From Crocinitomix sp. (GTDB taxonomy: Bacteria > Bacteroidota > Bacteroidia > Flavobacteriales_D > Crocinitomicaceae): DNA of 50,439 nucleotides. A model generated the notes under the pieces. It was not told where the DNA came from. It was given only the letters and a program-made list of their open reading frames with translations, and did no database searches. Positions within the stretch are counted from its first letter, which is position 1. Every line of letters starts with the position of its first letter. This document shows, piece after piece, positions 27,037-36,059 of the stretch. The DNA lies in NCBI GenBank assembly GCA_015662905.1, contig DQTE01000318.1, forward strand, positions 1 to 50,439. Reading direction: 5' to 3'. The position numbers and the translations under genes are program-made.

Positions 27037-27942
27037 ATGAAAAATTGGGTAGTATTTATAATTATTTTTGTTGGTTTTCAATCTTTTTCGCAAGATAAAA
27101 AAATTGATAAACTTGAAATTTATTATGACCAAGGGCATTATACTAGGGTGTACAGAAAAGCAAATCAATTGCTAGCAAACCCTAATTACGATTACAGTGC
27201 AATGCCTAAATTTTATAAATCTTTAGCAATTTTCAGGTTATCTAATGACCTAACCTGGCTTAAACGTCATAAAAACGAAATTAATGATGCCATAAATTTA
27301 TATAGATTGTTTTTAGAGCATAATAGTGCTGAGGATTATATTAAAGCGCACTATGTTGAAATTGGAGAATTAAAAATTTATTTACAAACCTTAGAAGAGA
27401 GGCTAAAAACGTTGGGATACAAAACGCAAGCAGAACAAATTCATAAGTTTGTACACCAAGAATTAAAACAAGTAAAAGGTTATGTTAGACCAAAAGAAAC
27501 TCCCACAAATAATGACAACCCAAATCAAAATGCTAATAGTGATGTATCTACACATCAATCCAAAAATTTAAGAGAAAAAATTGTAGCTTATGCTAAGCAA
27601 TTTATAGGCGTTAAATATGTTTGGGCTGGTCATTCGCCAAGCGGTTTTGATTGTTCTGGGTTTACCTCTTACGTTTTAAAACACTTTAACATTTTATTGA
27701 GTAGGACAGCATCTGGTCAGTTAGAAGGGGCTAAAAAAATTAAAATTTCAACTGCTTTTACGGCTGATTTAGTATTTTTTGGACACAGTGGTAAAATCAC
27801 CCACGTGGGACTCATAGTATCTCAAAAGGGAGAAGACTTAACAATGATTCACGCCTCTACTAGTAAGGGTATAATTATCACAAACATTGAAAAATCCACT
27901 TATTGGAAACCAAAGTTAAAAGCCACAGCTAGAGTTGTTTAA
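27037..27942 (+). CDS. NlpC/P60 (C40) peptidase with N-terminal helical domain
   Basis: Signal peptide; YVWAG, GFDCSGF, DLVFF, HVG, IHAS. Confidence 0.92.
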   Translation: MKNWVVFIIIFVGFQSFSQDKKIDKLEIYYDQGHYTRVYRKANQLLANPNYDYSAMPKFYKSLAIFRLSNDLTWLKRHKNEINDAINLYRLFLEHNSAEDYIKAHYVEIGELKIYLQTLEERLKTLGYKTQAEQIHKFVHQELKQVKGYVRPKETPTNNDNPNQNANSDVSTHQSKNLREKIVAYAKQFIGVKYVWAGHSPSGFDCSGFTSYVLKHFNILLSRTASGQLEGAKKIKISTAFTADLVFFGHSGKITHVGLIVSQKGEDLTMIHASTSKGIIITNIEKSTYWKPKLKATARVV

Positions 27943-27998
27943 TTAAAAATAAAATTGTACATTTGATATATCCTTAAATAATTTATTTTAAATAAAAT

Positions 27999-28400
27999 AT
28001 GAATAATTTTGTTAAAACCGCCGTAGGAACATTTGTTAAAGAAAAAATTAATGTTGGTATTGTAACATATAATGGTAGAGATGATGTTACTGTTGACGAA
28101 CTTATTGATTTTTTAAACAAAATATATCAACTCATGGATAACAAACCTTTTTTTTTAATTAACGACTTAACTAATGATTATGGTAGTTTCAGTAATGAAA
28201 TCTGGCGATTTTTAGCAAATGACAAACAGTTCAATAAAATGATTTTACACTCAATTGTAATTTCAAACAGTTTAGGCATGAAGATACAACTTAATTTTTT
28301 TATCAAATTTTTAAAACCGAGTTTTAAAGTTACCCAAGTAAAATCCAAAGAAAAAGCTTATAAATTAGTGGACTCTCTAAAAAAAATCATTGTTGAGTAG
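27999..28400 (+). CDS. Hypothetical STAS/SEC14 (SpoIIAA-like) protein
   Basis: 133 aa with the pattern LIND...R.F...SIV...K...NFF.K..KP..V..S.E.A; own -7 box TACATTTG at 27958-27965. Confidence 0.6.
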   Translation: MNNFVKTAVGTFVKEKINVGIVTYNGRDDVTVDELIDFLNKIYQLMDNKPFFLINDLTNDYGSFSNEIWRFLANDKQFNKMILHSIVISNSLGMKIQLNFFIKFLKPSFKVTQVKSKEKAYKLVDSLKKIIVE

Positions 28401-28438
28401 GTTTAATAACCCCTTAAATTCTTGGGATAATTGTATTT

Positions 28439-29326
28439 TTATTTTATTAAAAACTCATTAAGTACTTTTAAATAGTTTCCAAAGCCAAAAGATTCGGGAA
28501 TTTCTGTATGATTTGTATTTTCTAACCTGTGGGCTTCTTTATAAGATCCAGAGTGATTTTGATAGATTAATTCTCCGTTATCAATTGATACATAATCATC
28601 TTCAACACCGTGTAACCATAACAAGGGTATGTTAACATTTTTAATAGTTTCAGCATTATTAAATGTCAAGGTCGTTACAAATTTAGGATTAACATTTATA
28701 AGTGTAGAGGATTGTGTTAGATACTCAACAGATGCCAATGGCGATTCTATAATTAGCTTTGCTGGTATAAAATCTGCTTTATATGCCGAATGATATATGG
28801 CAGGAATTGCACCTAGGCTATATCCATAAAAAAATGTTTTATTAGGTTGAGCACCTTTTTCCTTTAACCAATTGATACACACCTCAACATCCTCATACAA
28901 CCCCATTTCTGTAGATTTCCCTTCAGACATCCCGTAACCTCTGTAATCCATCATTAAAACACCATACCTGTTTTTCCCTCCTGTATTTGCAAGTAATTTA
29001 GCTCTACCCCAATAGTTATCCATATGTTTAGATTGTCCATGAGCGTATAAAATGATAGAATCAGTTGAAATAGTATTCAAATCGCCTATATAGAGGGCAT
29101 AAATTTTATAGGTTTCATTTGTTTCAGAACTATAAGAAGGTAAAGAGAACAAATGAATTAAAGAATCAGGAATATCATAAACATCAGGTATTTCAACTTC
29201 ACCTTTATACCCCTCTAATTGATAACTTTCTAGTTTTTCACTAGGAAATGCTAAAGCATCTAAATCTACTTTTTTACAAGCAAAAAGTGTAAATATCACC
29301 AACACGCTACAAATTATATTTTTCAT
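28439..29326 (-). CDS. Alpha/beta hydrolase lipoprotein
   Basis: Lipobox LFAC; HG, DYRGYG, GYSLG nucleophile elbow, HG..D, terminal His. Confidence 0.9.
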   Translation of the reverse strand: MKNIICSVLVIFTLFACKKVDLDALAFPSEKLESYQLEGYKGEVEIPDVYDIPDSLIHLFSLPSYSSETNETYKIYALYIGDLNTISTDSIILYAHGQSKHMDNYWGRAKLLANTGGKNRYGVLMMDYRGYGMSEGKSTEMGLYEDVEVCINWLKEKGAQPNKTFFYGYSLGAIPAIYHSAYKADFIPAKLIIESPLASVEYLTQSSTLINVNPKFVTTLTFNNAETIKNVNIPLLWLHGVEDDYVSIDNGELIYQNHSGSYKEAHRLENTNHTEIPESFGFGNYLKVLNEFLIK

Positions 29327-29338
29327 CTTCTTTCTAAT

Positions 29339-30010
29339 TTAAAACAAATATCTAAATCCTAAATAAACTCCCGTAGCTCCGTATTTACCAAAAACACTTT
29401 TCCATGGGATAAAACTATAAGTATTTTCTTGCCTCAATCCTATAAATTTAAACTCAGTTATAAACTGGAATTGTTGATTTCTTCCTTTTAATACATGTCC
29501 AACTTGAGGGCTGAGTAACCACCTTTGTTTTTGTGGTTGATTTAAAGCCATATTTTTGGAAAGTTCAAACATATTATTTAACCCAAAATACACATAACTT
29601 GATTTTCTACCATAATTCCAATAGGCATTAGCATCAAAAGTAGGCCAAAACTTATACACACCTTCAGAAAAGCTTTGTACATAATTAAATCCAGGATTAA
29701 TAGAAACATTTGGAATAAATTTATTTTGGCTTAAAACCTTATACGTAACGCCCATGTCTATTTGAAAATTACCAAACATTAACGCTGTTGTGTGTATCCC
29801 CCCATAAATGGTTAAATTTGTATCTAAACCATAGCCAACCTCAACGGAACTCAACGGAACGGGGATTGACTTGTCTCCAAACCCAATAATTGGTCCGCCT
29901 AAATCTACACCCACAGCTAATTGTTTTTTATTAAGCGGTTCAATAAACCTGCCGGGAGCACATGAGGATAAAATCACTACACTTACTATACTCAAACACA
30001 AAAACTTCAT
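29339..30010 (-). CDS. Hypothetical lipoprotein / beta-barrel-like outer-membrane protein
   Basis: Lipobox LSSC; beta-strand pattern; ends GFRYLF. Confidence 0.7.
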   Translation of the reverse strand: MKFLCLSIVSVVILSSCAPGRFIEPLNKKQLAVGVDLGGPIIGFGDKSIPVPLSSVEVGYGLDTNLTIYGGIHTTALMFGNFQIDMGVTYKVLSQNKFIPNVSINPGFNYVQSFSEGVYKFWPTFDANAYWNYGRKSSYVYFGLNNMFELSKNMALNQPQKQRWLLSPQVGHVLKGRNQQFQFITEFKFIGLRQENTYSFIPWKSVFGKYGATGVYLGFRYLF

Positions 30011-30427
30011 AATCTAAATACATTAATACTAATTTACAAAGTTAATTATTTTTATGTAAGCACAACTTATTCTTCTTCTGATTTATGGTGTATTTTTGAA
30101 AATATTACTTTTGACTCAACCCTTTTATCTGTATTATAAAAAGAGTAATTACCTCAAATCTGTTGAGATTCCATTAGATTTTTATCATCATCAACCTTGT
30201 TATTCTTAAAAACTGTACATTATACTTCTATAAAACCAAAAGTTTGATTGATTTCCTGCCAATTAATACGACAGAACAATACTAGTTAACACTATGTTTA
30301 ACTCAATTAAAACCTTACAATAGTTAAATTTGTAAATACATTTCGCCCAGAAATGGAAAATTATTTTTGTAGTTTATTTATTTTTTACTATCTTTGAGAA
30401 CTAACCGCGAAATAAAAATTACATTAC

Positions 30428-33400
30428 ATGAAATTTATAGGCAAACTATTCTCTTTGTTGTTTATCTTTATGACTTCCTCAATTTTTGCACAGATTAATA
30501 TCCAGTGGGAGTCTAGATATAACAATTCTAACAATGTTGATCAAGTAAGTGATTTTGAGTTAGACGCCTCTGGAAACAGTTACGTTACAGGAAGCTCATT
30601 CAACGGTAGCAACTATGATGTGGTTACTGTCAAATACGACAATTCAGGTAATCAAATTTGGGTAAACACTTATGGTGGCACTGGTTTAGATGAATCAAGA
30701 GCATTAACCATTGACAATAACGGTGATATTATTGTGACTGGTGCAAGATTTATTTCGGGCTCAGATTGGGATATTTTTGTGTTAAAAATAAACGGTACAA
30801 CAGGTGCACAAATCTGGTCAACTACGTATAGTGGATCTAATTTGTACGACATTGGAAATGATGTAGCTGTTAATTCCTTAAATGAAATTTATATTGTTGG
30901 AAACTATAACTTTTCATCTACAGATTTGGACTACATAATACTACGTTATTCAACTACAGGAACACTTATGAGTTTTGATACCAATGGTGGCGGTAATTCA
31001 GATGAAGGATTATTTGTTGCTATTGACTTGAGTGACAATGTTTACTTAGGTGGAACTAGAGAGTTTACCTCAACGAGCACCTATTTTGATTTCAGTATCA
31101 TGAAATATAACTCAAATGTTGGCGCAGGTCCGTTATGGACATCTTATGGAGACTCAGGTTTTAATGGTATTGACAAACCAAACGCAATGAAGGTTGATGC
31201 GGCTGGAAATATCTATATAGGAGGACAGGGATTTACAAACACCACCCAAAAAGATGATTATCTATTAATGAAGTATAACACAAGTGGTACATTACAATGG
31301 AGAAGGCTATATTCTGGATCAGATGGTAATAATGACAAAATAAACGCACTAATTGTAGATGCAGCTGGAAATTGCTATGTAACCGGTAAAGTTAAATCAG
31401 TGGGCACAGCAGAGGATTTTATGACGATAAAATATAATTCTATTGGAGATACAATTTGGACAAAATTGTATTCTACTTCAGGATTAGGACTTGACGAAGG
31501 TACAGATTTAATACTATCGCAAGTATCTGGATTATATGTTACTGGTTACAGTTATAGGTCATCATCTAATAATGATTATTACACTATCAAATATAATACA
31601 ACAAATGGAAATGAAATTTGGGCTACTCGTTTTGATGGACCAGCAAGTAATAGTGATAAGGCTGCAAAAATAGCCGTTGATGCAGGAGATAATATTTACG
31701 TATCAGGAACAAGTAATGGGGGGAGTTCAAATTTAGATTATAGCACAATTAAATATTGTCAATTAGAAACAATTGCGCCTAATGACACTGCTATTTGCCT
31801 AGGTCAAACCGTTCAATTAACCGCAACATCTACCGGTTCAAACTTTCAATGGTATGCAGTAAGCGGCGATCCTATTTCAGCTTTAAGTTGCTCTAGTTGT
31901 GCAAACCCAATAGCAACATTAACTCAAACATCCACTTTTGCTGTCAGTTCAACAAGTGGTTCTGGTTGTGTTGATTTTGACACCGTAACTGTAACTGTAA
32001 ATTCAATTCCTAATCCAACAGTTTATAATGACGGGCCATTATCTTTTTGCGTTGGGGATTCTGTGCATCTTTACACAGATAGCTACACAGCATATTCTTG
32101 GAGTAACGGCGGTATTGACAGTGTAATTACAGCTTTTTCTTCTGGAACTTACACCGTAACTATTACTGATGTTAATGGTTGCCAAGCTAGTGCAAGTGCA
32201 ACAGTGTCTAATTATAGCTTACCAAATGTAAATGCTGGTGCTGACCAAACTATTTGCCCAGAAAATACGACTCAACTTAATGCCTCTGGAGCGGTGAGTT
32301 ATGTTTGGAATGTTGACCCAACCTTATCTCAATTATTAATTCCAAACCCTATTGCCAGCCCTACTGTTAACACTACTTACACTGTTACAGGAACAGATGC
32401 TAATGGATGTGTCAATTCAGATCAAGTTACAATATCTTTATATAACTCGCCTACAGTAGATGCTGGTTCCCCTACAACAATATGTGTTGGTGACTCAACA
32501 CAGTTATTAGCTAGTGGAACAGCAATAAGTTATGTTTGGGATGCAAACATAACGTTGTCAGATGTAAACATTAATAATCCATGGGCATATCCAACTACTC
32601 AAACAAAATACATTGTAACGGGAACAGATGGAAATGGATGTACAGCCAGAGACTCTGTAACCATATCAACAAATGGTTTACCTAATATAAGCGCTGGTGT
32701 TGATCAAACCATGTGTAATACAGACTCTGTACATATCTTTGCAACGGGGGCCTTAACTTATTTATGGCAATCAGACCCTACCCTATCTGATATAAACTCT
32801 TCAAATCCTTGGGCTGACCCCACAGTAACCACAACTTATATTTTAGAAGGAACCGACATAAACGGATGTAAAAACACGGATACTGTAACTGTATTTGTTA
32901 ATCAGCTACCCAATGTGGATGCAGGGACAAACACAGGAATTTGTCCTAATAGTTTTATTCAATTAAATGCAACAGGAGCTACAAGTTATTTATGGACACC
33001 TTCGTCAAGCTTAACACCAATTAATGTTTCAAATCCAACTGCAACACCTACGGTGGGAGAATGGTATTTTGTAACTGGAACAGATGGAAATGGATGTGAA
33101 AATACAGATTCTGTTTTTGTTGATGTGTATTCTCTTCCAACGGTAAATGCAGGAAATGATGCTTCAATATGTATGGGAGATTCTATTCAGTTATCAGCAA
33201 GTGGTGCCTCAACTTATACTTGGCAATACGACCCTACATTGTCTCAACTAATAGGTACTAATGTGTGGGCACAACCTACAGCTCAAACAACCTACAATGT
33301 AACGGGTACTGATGCAAATGGATGTATAGGAACTGATCAGGTAACAATAAGTGTAAATCCTTTACCTAACGGACCAGTTGTTACCCAAGACAGTATTTAC

Positions 33401-33847
33401 TTAATTTCTGATATAACAAATAATATACAGTGGTATTTAGACGGAAACCTTTTACCTAGTGAAACCAATGATACATTAATTTACACCAACTATAGTAACG
33501 GAAGTTATACTGCTGTGTATATTGACCCTAATGGATGTCCATCAGACACTTCTCAATCTGTAAATGCAGGTTCAACTATTATTGTGATTAATGTTGGTAT
33601 CAATGAAAATGAATTAATAACAGTTTCTATATACCCTAATCCTACTGTAGATATAATTTACATAGACTTAAATTCAACAATTGAAACTATTTTTATTTAT
33701 GACTTAAATGGTAAGCTTATTCAAACTGTAAATGGTGAAAATCAAAACAAACAATCTATAGACCTAGGTATTTTACCAAATGGAAGCTACTTGCTTGCTG
33801 TTCAGTCAGAATTAGGCGTTGTAACCAGAATGATTATTAAGCAATAA
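30428..33847 (+). CDS. T9SS cargo: SBBP-type beta-propeller, tandem Ig-like repeats and type A CTD
   Basis: Repeated D..GN.Y.TG...D...KY...G...W blades; about 76-aa Ig-like repeats; IYPNP..IYDLNGK..G.Y CTD; -7 box TATCTTTG upstream. Confidence 0.88.
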   Translation: MKFIGKLFSLLFIFMTSSIFAQINIQWESRYNNSNNVDQVSDFELDASGNSYVTGSSFNGSNYDVVTVKYDNSGNQIWVNTYGGTGLDESRALTIDNNGDIIVTGARFISGSDWDIFVLKINGTTGAQIWSTTYSGSNLYDIGNDVAVNSLNEIYIVGNYNFSSTDLDYIILRYSTTGTLMSFDTNGGGNSDEGLFVAIDLSDNVYLGGTREFTSTSTYFDFSIMKYNSNVGAGPLWTSYGDSGFNGIDKPNAMKVDAAGNIYIGGQGFTNTTQKDDYLLMKYNTSGTLQWRRLYSGSDGNNDKINALIVDAAGNCYVTGKVKSVGTAEDFMTIKYNSIGDTIWTKLYSTSGLGLDEGTDLILSQVSGLYVTGYSYRSSSNNDYYTIKYNTTNGNEIWATRFDGPASNSDKAAKIAVDAGDNIYVSGTSNGGSSNLDYSTIKYCQLETIAPNDTAICLGQTVQLTATSTGSNFQWYAVSGDPISALSCSSCANPIATLTQTSTFAVSSTSGSGCVDFDTVTVTVNSIPNPTVYNDGPLSFCVGDSVHLYTDSYTAYSWSNGGIDSVITAFSSGTYTVTITDVNGCQASASATVSNYSLPNVNAGADQTICPENTTQLNASGAVSYVWNVDPTLSQLLIPNPIASPTVNTTYTVTGTDANGCVNSDQVTISLYNSPTVDAGSPTTICVGDSTQLLASGTAISYVWDANITLSDVNINNPWAYPTTQTKYIVTGTDGNGCTARDSVTISTNGLPNISAGVDQTMCNTDSVHIFATGALTYLWQSDPTLSDINSSNPWADPTVTTTYILEGTDINGCKNTDTVTVFVNQLPNVDAGTNTGICPNSFIQLNATGATSYLWTPSSSLTPINVSNPTATPTVGEWYFVTGTDGNGCENTDSVFVDVYSLPTVNAGNDASICMGDSIQLSASGASTYTWQYDPTLSQLIGTNVWAQPTAQTTYNVTGTDANGCIGTDQVTISVNPLPNGPVVTQDSIYLISDITNNIQWYLDGNLLPSETNDTLIYTNYSNGSYTAVYIDPNGCPSDTSQSVNAGSTIIVINVGINENELITVSIYPNPTVDIIYIDLNSTIETIFIYDLNGKLIQTVNGENQNKQSIDLGILPNGSYLLAVQSELGVVTRMIIKQ
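31765..33365 (+). repeat. Seven tandem ~76-aa Cys-containing Ig-like coding repeats
   Basis: AG....IC.G.S.QL.A.GA..Y.W...Y.VTGTD.NGC...D.V.V consensus. An identical 21-mer, ggaacagatggaaatggatgt, occurs at 32621 and 33077 (456 nt apart = 2 x 228). Confidence 0.85.
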
Positions 33848-33858
33848 GTGGGAGAATA

Positions 33859-34476
33859 TTATCTGTCTTCTATTTCTGAAAAAGACGTAGTCATTTCGGA
33901 AACAAGTTCGTTGTCTTTGTATTTATTCATTATTAAAACTGAACCATCTTTGTTAAAATAAGTTGTATAACCGTTGAGCTTTCCATCCTTATAATCAGAC
34001 ACCAAATATGCTTGATTTGAATTAGGGTAAAAATCTTGACACGTACCAGTAAATGGCTTTTCATTATAATAATAAATCTTTTGATTTGAAACCTCTTTAA
34101 CAGATAAATCTTTACAGTTAACTAAAAGTATTTGATCTTTTTCCCCAATTTTTTTACCATTTACATACTCTTCTTCCACTAATATATTTCCCTCTTTATC
34201 ATAGTAAAAAATGGAACCATTAATTTTACCATTCAAAATTTGTTTTGACACATACTTGTTTGTAGAATTAGGGTAGTATAATTCACAAACCCCAGTAAAC
34301 ACTTCCCCCTTAAACATAAGCTCCGAACGGTCGTTCATATTTAAAGAGTCGCAATGGCAAACTTGAACATCTTCAATGCCTTTATTTGCACCTAATTCTA
34401 CTTCTGTTTTTTTTTGTGTAGTTTGACACGAATTTAACATGTAGATGAACCCAGTAATTATACAAATATATTTCAT
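33859..34476 (-). CDS. MORN-variant (YwqK-like) repeat lipoprotein with internal duplication
   Basis: Lipobox LNSC; two copies of C..L...FTG.C...YPNS...Y.....GK.NG....Y.K.G......Y. Confidence 0.8.
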   Translation of the reverse strand: MKYICIITGFIYMLNSCQTTQKKTEVELGANKGIEDVQVCHCDSLNMNDRSELMFKGEVFTGVCELYYPNSTNKYVSKQILNGKINGSIFYYDKEGNILVEEEYVNGKKIGEKDQILLVNCKDLSVKEVSNQKIYYYNEKPFTGTCQDFYPNSNQAYLVSDYKDGKLNGYTTYFNKDGSVLIMNKYKDNELVSEMTTSFSEIEDR

Positions 34477-34477
34477 T

Positions 34478-34945
34478 TTACAAAACTGTTATTGCTTTTA
34501 AAAATCGTTTTACATAACCACTATTGTTATAAGTTGTAATGGTAACGCCAAAATGTTTCTTAGATGATGAAGCGTGTATAAATTTAATAACTCCATTACG
34601 ATTTGAAATTACCATACCAACATGTCCTGGTTTTTTTATAGAAGAATTTGTACCCGTAAATACTAAAATATCTGCTGGCAAAGTAGATTCTAAGTCAATG
34701 GTTTTTCCTAAACTATTATATCCAGAGCTTGACCTTGACACCTTAATATTAAAATGTTTAAATACGTAATATAAAAAACCCGAACAATCAAAGCCTTTTG
34801 GTGACGTTCCTCCCCACACATAAGGTGTTTCTAAAAAAGACTTTGCATAACCAACAAGACTATCTCTTTTTGAATAAGTCAAACTATCCTCATTGGCCAT
34901 CAAAATAGTTGAACTCAAAAAAAATATAAGAAAGATTATTTTCAT
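34478..34945 (-). CDS. Single-domain NlpC/P60 (C40) peptidase
   Basis: Signal peptide; PYVWGG, GFDCSGF, DILVF, GHVG, FIHASS. Confidence 0.93.
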   Translation of the reverse strand: MKIIFLIFFLSSTILMANEDSLTYSKRDSLVGYAKSFLETPYVWGGTSPKGFDCSGFLYYVFKHFNIKVSRSSSGYNSLGKTIDLESTLPADILVFTGTNSSIKKPGHVGMVISNRNGVIKFIHASSSKKHFGVTITTYNNSGYVKRFLKAITVL

Positions 34946-34999
34946 TTGCTACAAATTTAAGATGTTTTTATAACTTTATAACATCAAAAAGTAACAATA

Positions 35000-36010
35000 A
35001 TGTCTCAAATAAAAAATGCACAATTAAGATATAGAATTATAGACCGTTGTCTAAGAAATAAATACAAGCCTTTTCCTACAAAAGAAAACTTAAGACAGGC
35101 ATGTGAAGAAGCTTTGTATGGAGAAGGAATAGGTGCTAACATTTGTGACTCAACCATAGAAAAAGATCTTTTTGCTATGAGGATGGATCATGATGCACCT
35201 ATTAAATATAGTAAGAAAGAAAAGGGTTACTTTTATGAGGATAAATCATACAGCATTGATAACATTCCGCTATCTGAAGACGATATTGAAGCTATAAAGT
35301 TTGCCACACAAACTTTAATGCAGTTTAAAGACGTATCTATGTTTAAACAATTTGGTTTTGCTATTGATAAAATTTTTGACAGAGTTCACATTGCTCAAAA
35401 TCCAACTGAAGCATCTGTAGAAAACTATGTACAGTTTGAAACTGTACCTGAAACTATTGGAACTGAGTTTTTAGCCCCACTTTTAACAGCCATTAAAGAA
35501 AAACAAATAACTAAATTTGATTATACCAGTTTTACAACTGAAAAAACTAAACAAAGAAAAGTTCTTCCTCTTCTATTAAAAGAATATAGAAATCGTTGGT
35601 ATTTAATTTGCTATTCTCTAAACAAACAAAAAGTAATTACATTTGGACTAGACAGAATTTCAAATTTAATGGTAACAGAAGAGTATTACTATAATGAGAT
35701 TAAGTTTAACCCAGATCTTTATTTTAAACATAGCATAGGAATAACCTCTTTTGATGAAAAGCCGAAAAAAATTATTTTTAAGATAGATAAAATAGGTGCT
35801 AAATATATAGAAACACAACCTATACATTCATCTCAAAAATTGGTTAAATCTGGCAAAAAAAGAAATACCTACCAAATAAAAGTTTTGTTGTCTGAAGAAT
35901 TAAAACGTTTATTATTAAGTTATGGTAATCAACTTGAGGTTATTGAACCTAAGGAATTCAGAGAACAATTAAAGATAGAAATAACAGAATTAGCCGAAAT
36001 CTATAGTTAA
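35000..36010 (+). CDS. WYL-domain transcriptional regulator (wHTH-WYL-WCX)
   Basis: RYRIIDRCL, TIEKDL, LKEYRNRWYL, FGLDRI, TQPIH.SQ, LLSYG..LEVIEP. Confidence 0.93.
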   Translation: MSQIKNAQLRYRIIDRCLRNKYKPFPTKENLRQACEEALYGEGIGANICDSTIEKDLFAMRMDHDAPIKYSKKEKGYFYEDKSYSIDNIPLSEDDIEAIKFATQTLMQFKDVSMFKQFGFAIDKIFDRVHIAQNPTEASVENYVQFETVPETIGTEFLAPLLTAIKEKQITKFDYTSFTTEKTKQRKVLPLLLKEYRNRWYLICYSLNKQKVITFGLDRISNLMVTEEYYYNEIKFNPDLYFKHSIGITSFDEKPKKIIFKIDKIGAKYIETQPIHSSQKLVKSGKKRNTYQIKVLLSEELKRLLLSYGNQLEVIEPKEFREQLKIEITELAEIYS

Positions 36011-36059
36011 ACTTCTTTTTGTTTTAAAATTTCGCCTTAAAGATGTATATTTGTATTTA

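Noticed and set aside
31765-33365. CRISPR-like or non-coding repeat array
   Set aside because: The repeats are degenerate, in frame, about 228 nt in period, and encode Ig-like domains.
35000-36010. Anti-phage defence island around the WYL gene
   Set aside because: There is no nuclease, ATPase, methylase, integrase or visible compositional shift in the flanks.
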